64,000 nt of DNA from an uncultured Chloroflexia bacterium (lineage in GTDB: Bacteria > Chloroflexota > Limnocylindria > Limnocylindrales > CSP1-4). The position numbers and the translations under genes were made by a program. The notes under the pieces were generated by a model, which made no database searches, was not told where the DNA came from, and saw only the letters and a list, made by a program, of their open reading frames with translations. The stretch covers positions 544,001 through 608,000 of the forward strand of contig CAWEYL010000003.1 in assembly GCA_963813335.1 (NCBI GenBank). Direction: 5' to 3'. The stretch's first letter is position 1. Each line of letters starts with the position of its first letter. Shown here piece after piece: positions 41,288 to 49,153 of the stretch.

Positions 41288-42154
41288 TCAGGCGACCGCG
41301 ACGGGCGCCGGCTTCTCGATCGGCACGCCGATCAGGCTGCCGTACTCGGTCCAGCTGCCGTCGTAGTTGCGGACCCGCTTGTAGCCGAGCAGCTCGTGCA
41401 GGACGAACCAGCTATGGCTGGACCGCTCGCCGATCCGGCAGTACGCGATGATGTCCTTGTCGGGGGTGATGCCCTTCGCCTCGTACAGGGTCGCGAGCTC
41501 CTCGGCGGACTTGAACGTGCCGTCCTCGCGGACGGTCTGCGCCCAGGGGATGGACGCGGCGCCCGGGATGTGGCCGGCCCGCTGGGCGGTCTCGCTCATG
41601 CCGGGGGGCGCGATGATCTCGCCGTTGAACTCGGCGGGGCTGCGCACGTCCACGAGGGCGAGGGACTCGTCGCCGAGGCGCGGCAGGATGTCGTCGCGGA
41701 AGGCGCGCAGACCGAAGTCCGGCTCCGGCAGGTCGTAGCCGGTCGCGGCGTAGGCCGGGACGTCCACGTCGAGCGCGAGACCCTGGTCGAGCCAGTACTT
41801 GCGCCCGCCGTTGAGGATGCGCACGTCGCGATGGCCGTACAGCTTCAGCTGCCAGTACGCCCACGCGGCGAACCAGTTGTTGTTGTCGCCGTAGAGCACG
41901 ATCGTGGTATCCGGGCGGATGCCGGACTCGCTGAGCAGCGTGCTGAAGTCCTCGCGCGAGGCGATGTCGCGGCGGATCCCGTCGGCGAGCTGGCTGGTCC
42001 AGTTCCAGCCGACCGCGCCCGGCAGGTGGCTCTGCTCGTAGGCCGTCGTGTCGACGTCGACCTCCACGAAGCGGACCGCGGGGTCACTCAGATGGGCCTG
42101 CGCCCAGGCCGCGTCGACGAGGACGTCGTCGCTGGCGTATCCGGACTGTGTCAT
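41288..42154 (-). CDS. thiosulfate/3-mercaptopyruvate sulfurtransferase (tandem rhodanese)
   Basis: HLPGAV, YGDNNNWFA, GHIPGA, YCRIGERSS, NYDGSWTEY. Confidence 0.93.
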   Translation of the reverse strand: MTQSGYASDDVLVDAAWAQAHLSDPAVRFVEVDVDTTAYEQSHLPGAVGWNWTSQLADGIRRDIASREDFSTLLSESGIRPDTTIVLYGDNNNWFAAWAYWQLKLYGHRDVRILNGGRKYWLDQGLALDVDVPAYAATGYDLPEPDFGLRAFRDDILPRLGDESLALVDVRSPAEFNGEIIAPPGMSETAQRAGHIPGAASIPWAQTVREDGTFKSAEELATLYEAKGITPDKDIIAYCRIGERSSHSWFVLHELLGYKRVRNYDGSWTEYGSLIGVPIEKPAPVAVA

Positions 42155-42241
42155 GGGGTCATCCCTTTCCTGGCTGGATGGCGGCGTCGGCACCTCCTGA
42201 CGCCGCCGGGTCGTGAGCACGTCGGGGTCGCGGCCCCGGGA

Positions 42242-42754
42242 TCAGTCGCCGGACCCTGGTCGGTCGCGGCGGCTGAACTCGGCAAGCCGCTCGGTACACT
42301 CGGCAGCGAGGCGCTGGGCCTGGCGGACGATCCAGGGATCGACCCGCGACGAGTCCTCGATGGTCACGGTCGCGCCACGCGGACCGTCGTCGAGCGCGAT
42401 CCCCGAGGTGTTGCGGTAGTCGGCCATCCAGTTCGCCTGCAGCTGCAGGATCACGTCGGCCACGACCGGGACGGGGAAGAGCCAGTCGAGGTAGGTCGCG
42501 TCCAGGCGGTCGGCGAGGTCGGCCAGGCGGACCGGTCGCCCCCGCTCGATGCGGGCCAGCAGGTCGACGACCCGGAGGGCCGTGAACGGGTCCCCGCTCT
42601 CGCCGATGGTCGGCGGGCTGATCCGGGGATCCGGCAGCCCGGCGGGCGCGGTCCGGAGCGGGCCGAGTCCGATCGGCGCGGCCGATGCGTCGGTCGGCTG
42701 GACATCGCTCACGGGTGCCTCGGTCACGGCGACGGGGATCTCCGACTGGTTCAC
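42242..42754 (-). CDS. hypothetical protein (possible winged helix)
   Basis: GC-biased ORF with globular core DPFTALRVVDLLARIERG...LQANWMADYR; start uncertain (42754 or 42781). Confidence 0.65.
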   Translation of the reverse strand: MNQSEIPVAVTEAPVSDVQPTDASAAPIGLGPLRTAPAGLPDPRISPPTIGESGDPFTALRVVDLLARIERGRPVRLADLADRLDATYLDWLFPVPVVADVILQLQANWMADYRNTSGIALDDGPRGATVTIEDSSRVDPWIVRQAQRLAAECTERLAEFSRRDRPGSGD

Positions 42755-42940
42755 TAGGGATTGGGTGCGCCAGCCTACCATGCACGTTCGGTGGATGCCA
42801 GTGGCCCCCGACGTGGGCGAACCTTTATCGACTCGACACCCCAGGCCAACGCCGGCGCGTCATGCTGCACCGAGCTGGGAGACCCCCGGTGCCGGACCGC
42901 GTCCCGCGTTCCGGTCGTTCCTGTCGCAAGCGCGTGAGTC

Positions 42941-44296
42941 ATGTTGCCCCCATTCGAGCCCGATCGAACCCCGACCGAACCGACCTTCGGATCCGGCCCA
43001 CTGGACGCGACCCCGGTCGTGCCCAGCCCCTCCCTGGCGCCGGGGACACCGGCGGGCGGTCGACGGCGTCGGCCGTGGCTCCCACGGGCGGTCATCGTGA
43101 CCGCGATCATTGCGACGTTCGTCGTCGGGATCGGGGTCGGTGCGGCGGGAGCCCTCGCGACCGCCCCGAGCCTGACGTCGTCCGACAAGGAGTTCGCCCT
43201 CATCCGCGAGGCGTGGGACACCCTCCACAAGGAATACGTCGCGCGCGCCGAGCTCGACGACCAGGCGCTCGCCTGGGGGGCCATCAAGGGGTTGACCGCG
43301 GCAGTCGGCGACACCGGCCATACCTCGTTCATGACCCCGGCCGAACGGGCCGCGAACCAGGCCGGGCTGTCCGGCACGTACGTCGGGATCGGGGTCAAGG
43401 TCAACAAGGCCGCGGACGGCCGGCCGCTGATCATCACGGTCTTCGCCGACAGCCCCGCCGAGAAGGCCGGGCTGCGGTCCGGCGACATCGTCGTGAGCGT
43501 CGACGGCAAGACGACCACCGGGCACGAGATCGACGAGGTCATCGGCTGGATCCGCGGCGAGGCCGGGACGTCCGTGGCGGTCACCGTGCGCAACGGCGTC
43601 GACGGCGAGGACCGCGAGTACACGCTGGTCCGCGCGGACGTGCCGGTCCAGTCGGTCGCCTGGACGATGGTCCCGGGCTCGCGGACCGCGCTGCTGGCCC
43701 TCGACTCGTTCTCGAACGGCTCGGCCGACGACGTCGTCGCGGCGCTCAAGGAGATCAAGGCGGCCGGTGCCGACCGGCTGGTCCTCGACCTGCGCGGCAA
43801 CCCGGGCGGGTACGTCAACGAGGCGGTCGGCGTGGCGAGCCAGTTCCTGACCAAGGGCGACGTCTACATCGAGCGCGACGCGGACGGCCACGAGACCCAC
43901 CACCCGGTCTCCGCCGACGGCGTTGCCACGGACATCCCGATGGTCGTGCTCGTCGACGGCGGCACCGCCAGCTCGGCCGAGATCGTGTCGGGCGCCCTGC
44001 AGGATGCGAAGCGCGCCGAGGTCATCGGGGTCCCGACGTACGGCACTGGCACCGTGCTCGGCGAGTTCCCGCTCTCGGACGGTTCGGCGATGCGCATCGG
44101 GACCGTCGAATGGCTGACGCCGAACGGCCGCCGGATCTGGCACGAGGGGATCGTGCCCGACGTCACCGTCGAGCGGGCCACCGACGTGGCGGCGCTGAGC
44201 CCCGACCAGGTCCGGACCATGACGCCGGCCGGCGTGGATGGGATCGCGGACCCGCAGCTGGCCAAGGCCCTCAGCCTGGTGGCGTCGATCTCCTAG
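42941..44296 (+). CDS. ctpA: S41 carboxyl-terminal processing protease with PDZ domain
   Basis: TM anchor, YVGIG, SPAEKAGL, LDLRGNPGG, TASSAEI. Confidence 0.92.
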   Translation: MLPPFEPDRTPTEPTFGSGPLDATPVVPSPSLAPGTPAGGRRRRPWLPRAVIVTAIIATFVVGIGVGAAGALATAPSLTSSDKEFALIREAWDTLHKEYVARAELDDQALAWGAIKGLTAAVGDTGHTSFMTPAERAANQAGLSGTYVGIGVKVNKAADGRPLIITVFADSPAEKAGLRSGDIVVSVDGKTTTGHEIDEVIGWIRGEAGTSVAVTVRNGVDGEDREYTLVRADVPVQSVAWTMVPGSRTALLALDSFSNGSADDVVAALKEIKAAGADRLVLDLRGNPGGYVNEAVGVASQFLTKGDVYIERDADGHETHHPVSADGVATDIPMVVLVDGGTASSAEIVSGALQDAKRAEVIGVPTYGTGTVLGEFPLSDGSAMRIGTVEWLTPNGRRIWHEGIVPDVTVERATDVAALSPDQVRTMTPAGVDGIADPQLAKALSLVASIS

Positions 44297-44528
44297 GGCT
44301 CGTCGGCTTGGTCGGGCCGCGCCGGCCCGTCGTCGGGCCGCACCGGGCGGTCATCCGGCAGCTCGATCGAGAGCTTGCCGCCGCCCGAGGCCGGCACCGG
44401 AGCGATCGGCTTCGCCGAATTCGACCAGCTCGGACGGCGGCTTCGTCGCGCGGAACACCTGGTAGTCGAAGCCGACGATGATCCCACCCATCGTGTCGCC
44501 AAGGGATCGGCGCTTGCGCTTGGCCATC
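44293..44528 (-). CDS. small hypothetical protein, probable frameshift ~44420
   Basis: MAKRKRRSLGDTMGGIIVGFDYQVFRATKPPSELVE then SAKPIAPVPASGGGKLSIELPDD in the next frame; TAGACT 8 nt upstream. Confidence 0.5.
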
Positions 44529-44538
44529 GGCCTCGAGT

Positions 44539-45100
44539 CTAGCCGGCTCGCGCGTCGAGCCGCGGGCCGGTTGCGTGGCGCCTCCGGGAGCGCCGCAGGC
44601 TGCTCGCCAACGCGCGCGACGGACGCCTGGACCTTGGCCAGCAGCCGGAGGAGATCCAGGCGCTCCGAGAGCGTCAGGGCGCCCATGACATCGGTCTCGA
44701 CCAGGTGGAGGCCGGGCAGCAGGCGGTCGATGACCGTTCGGCCCTCGGGTGTCAGGGTGACCCAGGTGCGCCGCCGATCCGCCTCGTCCGCCGATCGCGC
44801 GACGAACCCCTTGCGCTCATTCGTATCGATGAGCGACGTGATCGCGGCCGAGGACACGACCACGTGCTGGCCGATCTCCGCCGGCGTGCTGCGACCGCCC
44901 AGGCCGTCGATAGTGGCCAGCACCATCAGCGTCGTGGTCGAGATCCCGGCCTCCACGCGCAACCGGCGGGCCAGCTCGCCGAGGAGCTGGTCCGCCGTGC
45001 GGATCAGGTTGACGTAGCACTCCGCCGACGTCGGGTCGGCGCCCGGGTACTCGGCTTCGAAATCGTCCTCGACCCGGAGCTGCGGCTGTGGGTCGGTCAC
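44539..45100 (-). CDS. MarR family transcriptional regulator (3' end blurred by probable indel ~44560)
   Basis: TPAEIG...SSAAITSLID..ERKGFVAR....DRR...VTLTPEG winged helix. Confidence 0.85.
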
Positions 45101-45366
45101 GCCGTCTGGTAGAACTCGATGCTCGGCGCCCCGATGACGCCGCCGCGGGCCATGGCCGACTTGAGGGCCGGGTCCGCCGCGAACGACTGGGCATCACCCA
45201 GCGTCGGGAACTCGTGGATCACGAGCAGCTGGGCCGGATCGCTCGCATCGCGCATGACCGTGTCGGTCGTGCAGCCGTACTGCGTGCGCAAGCCGGCGAC
45301 CTCGTCGTAGACCGTCCGCCAGGAGCCGTAGTCCGCCACCGCGTGCTTGACAACCAGGGTCGTCAT
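45097..45366 (-). CDS. small dimeric alpha/beta-barrel (cyclase/ABM-like) protein
   Basis: MTTLVVKHAVADYGSWRTVYD...DPALKSAMARGGV.GAP; GGAG RBS. Confidence 0.75.
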   Translation of the reverse strand: MTTLVVKHAVADYGSWRTVYDEVAGLRTQYGCTTDTVMRDASDPAQLLVIHEFPTLGDAQSFAADPALKSAMARGGVIGAPSIEFYQTA

Positions 45367-45404
45367 CGTGGTCTCCAATTGCCGCCGACGATCATCCATC
45401 GGCC

Positions 45405-45443
45405 GATAGTTAGAACATTAGATATCAGACGTTAAGATGTCAA
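45405..45443 (-). promoter_or_regulatory. sigma70 promoter with AT-rich putative MarR operator
   Basis: TTGACA (45443-45438), 17 bp, TAATGT (45420-45415); imperfect repeats ATCTTAACGTCTGATAT / ATCTAATGTTCTAACTAT. Confidence 0.7.
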
Positions 45444-45484
45444 GACCCTAGCGACGTCGAAGGCGCCCGCCGTCGCGACCCAGG

Positions 45485-46156
45485 CTAACGAAGCTCCCCG
45501 TGGACCGGGGCCGGCGGATCGTCTGTCGGGGTCGGTGTCGGATCCGTGGGCTCGGTGGGGTCCGGCGTCGGCGTGGGCGCCGGCGTCGGCTCGGGCGTTC
45601 GCGTCGGCGGTGGCGTCACCGTCGGCTCCGGCGTTCGCGTAGGCTCCGGCGTTCGCATCGGCTCCGATGACGCGGTCGGCTCGGTGGTCGTGGTCGGCTC
45701 CGGGCTCGGGGTGGGCTCCTCCGACGGCCCCGTGGCTTCGGTCGGTTCCTCGGTCGGCTCGGCGGGATCCGTCGGCTGGGTCGGCGCGTTCGGCTCGGTC
45801 GTCGGCTCCACGGAAGGCGTCGGCTCATCGCTCGGCCCGTTCGATCCCGTCGCGCGTGGGCCCGGCGAATCGGTGACATTCACGTTGACCGTGACGACGT
45901 TGCTGACGCGGTGGGCCACGAGGATGGGGGTGGTCACCCCCTCCTGGAACAGGACCACGTCGCCATTCACGATCGAATCGATGCCGACCGGCTGGGTGAC
46001 GATGAGGTCGCCCGGCTCCAGCGCGGGTCGCATGCTGTCCGTGGCGATCGACGCGACGCGGTAGCCCATCACTTGGGTGGCCAGCAGGAAGACGATGGCG
46101 ATGCCAAGGACGAGGCCGGCCACGACGTTCGCGAGCCGCCGCAGGAACGTGGTCAC
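45485..46156 (-). CDS. SipW-type signal peptidase I, truncated and fused to a Pro/Thr/Glu-rich tail
   Basis: TM, TDSMRPALEPGDLI (catalytic Ser), VAHRV (SipW-type His); no KGDAN box; tail of EPT/RTPEPT repeats. Confidence 0.7.
   Translation of the reverse strand: MTTFLRRLANVVAGLVLGIAIVFLLATQVMGYRVASIATDSMRPALEPGDLIVTQPVGIDSIVNGDVVLFQEGVTTPILVAHRVSNVVTVNVNVTDSPGPRATGSNGPSDEPTPSVEPTTEPNAPTQPTDPAEPTEEPTEATGPSEEPTPSPEPTTTTEPTASSEPMRTPEPTRTPEPTVTPPPTRTPEPTPAPTPTPDPTEPTDPTPTPTDDPPAPVHGELR
45520..45830 (-). repeat. degenerate coding repeats (EPT / RTPEPT units, ~18 bp)
   Basis: PSEEPTPSPEPTTTTEPTASSEPMRTPEPTRTPEPTVTPPPTRTPEPTPAPTPTP. Confidence 0.7.
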
Positions 46157-46181
46157 TCGATGATTCCTCACTCGGGATGTT

Positions 46182-46214
46182 GACCCGGGCGGGGGGTCAG
46201 CCGCCGTCCGGGTC
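46182..46214 (-). terminator. stem-loop between the pilin-like gene and the signal peptidase
   Basis: GACCCGGGCGG...CCGTCCGGGTC. Confidence 0.55.
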
Positions 46215-46228
46215 GGGAATGCGCTGGA

Positions 46229-46678
46229 CTAGGTGGTGACGTCGACGTTGATGACGTAGTCGACGCCGAGACCGGCGCAGGGATTCGGCGTGTTGCTGGC
46301 CAGGGCCAGATAGCTATCCCAGGCTCCACCGGTGGTTCCGGTCGCCACGGGTCCAGGGTCCGTGATCGTGACGCTGCCGCTCAAGTAGGCGTTGCAGCCC
46401 GTGTTGGCGGGAACGTTGATCCCCGAGATCGAGCCGCTGGTCAGGGCGATCGCGACACCGGTGTTGTTGTTGACCCTGCCGGTCGCCGTCTTGGTATTCG
46501 TTCCGGGCAGGAGATTGCTACCGGTGTAGCTGTCGACCTGCAGCGAGACGTTGACGGTCCCGATGACCGATGGTGTTCCAGCTTGCTGTGACGCCGTGCC
46601 GGTGAAGGCGAAGGCGAGGCCGGCGACCAGGGCGAGCGTCGCGCTCAGCCCAAACGCCGACAGGAAGAATCTACGCAT
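46229..46678 (-). CDS. SipW-cognate secreted protein (TasA/CalY-like fibre subunit)
   Basis: Signal ending GLAFA-FT, GTVNVS, NLLPG, VNNNTG, two Cys, NPCAG near the C-terminal strand; directly upstream of sipW-like gene. Confidence 0.65.
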   Translation of the reverse strand: MRRFFLSAFGLSATLALVAGLAFAFTGTASQQAGTPSVIGTVNVSLQVDSYTGSNLLPGTNTKTATGRVNNNTGVAIALTSGSISGINVPANTGCNAYLSGSVTITDPGPVATGTTGGAWDSYLALASNTPNPCAGLGVDYVINVDVTT

Positions 46679-47001
46679 GGAGAGGATGCCTCTAGAAGGA
46701 GTGCCCGACCGGGTGCGACGCACCCGGGTCCGGATTCACGCCCGCGTGACGCCGGGTGTCACCTGGGACACACCCCGGACGCAGAGTCGCCGCCAGGCGC
46801 GCGCGAGGCGCCAAAGGCGGGTGCGTGGCCGTCGCCGATGTGCCGGCGAGATCCCCCGAGTGCGATCGCCTAAGGCGGCGACGCCATGGTGCTGTTGCAC
46901 CAACGCAACACTATCATCGGCGGGGCGCGATACAACAACGAAGATTCGGGACCCGGACGCGTCGATGCCACCCCTGCGGCATCGGTCCGAACGAGGCGCG
47001 C

Positions 47002-48587
47002 CTAGAGCAATTCGCCGTGGGCCGAGGCCGTCGGCTCGCCCTCGCGCGGCCGCGGCTCCTCGCCGGGACCGTACTCCGGCGCCCGGCTCCGAGCTCGCCT
47101 CGGCCGGCACCTCCCCCGGCCTCGAGCACGCGTAGCGGTACGCCGGCCGTGCCCTCGATCGCGCCGACGCCGAAGGGGACCCATTTCGACGGGTCCTGGA
47201 GGCGATGCGCCTCGGTGTTGCCGCGCGTGTGGATCTCGTCGAAGCCCCGCGGCTCGATCCACATCCGCTCGCCCTCGAGCAGCCCCAGCACGCCGGACTG
47301 GCCGGGCTCGGGGCGCCCGTGCTGGCAGTAGGCGCAGCGCGACGGATCGTGCTTCTGGTAGGTCTCGGGCTCCTCGTAGGTCGTGATGTAGCCCTCGTAG
47401 TTGCGCAGGACCACCTTGTGGTCGCTGTACGAGATCAGGTAGTTCGGCATGACCGGGATCTTGCCCCCGCCGCCGGGCGCGTCGATGACGTAGGTCGGAA
47501 CGGCGTAGCCCGAGGTGTGCCCGCGCAGGCCCTCGATGATCTCCAGGCCCTTGCCGACCGGCGTCCGGAAGTGCCCCGACCCTTCGACGAGGTCGCACTG
47601 GTACAGGTAGTACGGACGGATCCGGTTGGCGACGAGCTTGTGGACCAGGCTGCGCTGGATGTGGACGCAGTCGTTGACGCCGGCCAGCAGCACGCTCTGG
47701 TTGCCGACCGGCAGGCCCGCCCGCGTCAGCTTGTCGACCGCGCGCGAGACCTCGGGCGTGATCTCGTTGGGGTGGTTGAAGTGGAGGTTGATCCACAGCG
47801 GGTGGTACTTCGCGAGCATCTCGCACAGCTCGTCGTCGATGCGCTGCGGCAGGAAGACGGGCACGCGGCTCCCGATCCGGATGATCTCGATGTGCGGGAT
47901 CTCGCGCAGGCCGCGCAGGATCTTCTCGAAGAGCTTGGGGGCGAGGGTCAGGCCATCGCCGCCGGAGATGAGGACGTCGCGGACCTGCGGCGTCCGGCGC
48001 AGGTACTCGAGCTGCGCCTCGTGGTCCCGGCTGTTGAAGTTCTGGGTGGGGTCGCCCACGATCCGCGACCGCGTGCAGTAGCGGCAGTACGACGCGCACT
48101 GGGTCGTCACCAGCATCAGGACCCGGTCCGGGTAGCGGTGGACCAGCCCGGGCACCGGCGAATGGCGATCCTCGGCGAGCGAATCCTCCATCATCGCGGT
48201 GAAGGCCTGGTGCTCCCGGGCGCTCGGGATGACCTGGCGGCGGATCGGATCGTCCGGGTCGTTCGGGTCCATCAGGCTGATGAAGTACGGCGTGATGTCG
48301 ACCCGGAACTTCTCCGGCGCGGAGAGGCCCTCGCGCTCGTCGTCGGTGAGCTCGAGGACTTGCTCGATCTCCTCGAGGTCGTTGACCCGGTGGCTCAGCT
48401 GCCAGCGCCAGTCGTTCCACTGCTCGTCGGGGATGTCCGCCCAGAGCGGGGCGCGTCGGCTGACCGCGGGCCGTCCGTCAGGACCCAGGACCTGCGCGGG
48501 GTCCGCGCGGTTGACGAACGGGACCTCGGCCGCCGCGCGGGCGGCGTCCTGGTGGGCGACGGCGGACTGGATCTCGCGGGCATCCAA
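47002..48587 (-). CDS. kamA: lysine 2,3-aminomutase (radical SAM, PLP); probable frameshift near the C-terminus ~47085
   Basis: WNDWRWQL, HRYPDRVL, CASYCRYCTR, SGGD, NQSVLL, YYLYQCD, LRGHTSG, DAPGGGGKIP; GGAGG RBS and TTG start. Confidence 0.9.
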
Positions 48588-48620
48588 CGCTGGCTGGCCT
48601 CCGACGGCGGATCGGGCTTC

Positions 48621-48641
48621 GATGCATAGAAAGTATGCATC
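48621..48641. promoter_or_regulatory. perfect AT-rich inverted repeat in the kamA leader
   Basis: GATGCATA-GAAAG-TATGCATC, downstream of minus-strand -10 TATCAT (48661-48656). Confidence 0.6.
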
Positions 48642-48769
48642 CTGCAAGTCGGCGGATGATAGCGCGATGGTCCCGCCGGGGTCCAGTGCATGGTCGGCGC
48701 CCGCTCAGGCGCCTGGAGCGGGCGTCTCGGGTTGGTCGGGGTGCGTGCGGCGGCGGTCGCCGCGAGCGG

Positions 48770-49090
48770 TCAGTCGCCGATGACCGCCCAGAGGAAGCCC
48801 ATCATGATGAAGAAGCCGGTGAACAGGGCGATCAGCCCCATCGCGCCGTAGGGCGAACCGGCGCCCTCGTGGGGCACGAGCTGCAGGGTGATCCCGAAGA
48901 AGACGGCCCACAGGACGAACAGGAACCCGAACAGGTACTTGCCGTTGGGGTTCGTCACCCGCCGCACCCAGCGGGAGCCGCCCTCGGTCGAGACCGCGGC
49001 GCGAAGCATGATCCCGATCATCACGATCACCGCGAGCGCGGAGATGCCGAACGGGATCGGCTGCTCGAAGGGGACCAGGAACAGCTGCAT
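48770..49090 (-). CDS. small membrane protein (3 TM)
   Basis: MQLFLVPFEQPIPFGISALAVIVMIG...; TAGCAT-7nt-ATG leaderless start. Confidence 0.7.
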   Translation of the reverse strand: MQLFLVPFEQPIPFGISALAVIVMIGIMLRAAVSTEGGSRWVRRVTNPNGKYLFGFLFVLWAVFFGITLQLVPHEGAGSPYGAMGLIALFTGFFIMMGFLWAVIGD

Positions 49091-49153
49091 CGCGGCGATG
49101 CTACCAGATGGCTCCCCGGCCCAGAACGCCACTCGCGTCTACGATGGGGTCCC

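Noticed and set aside
44351-45100. MarR with a long C-terminal extension
   Set aside because: More likely an indel near 44560 bypassing TAG at 44541-44539; the downstream small gene has its own -10 and ATG
45520-45830. Repeats considered as a CRISPR or non-coding array
   Set aside because: Degenerate codon-level Pro/Thr/Glu repeats within an ORF; no constant repeat-spacer pattern and no cas genes
46740-46830. GGACGCAGAG resembling a c-di-GMP-I riboswitch core
   Set aside because: On the wrong strand for the downstream gene and lacks the GGCAAAC and GNRA elements
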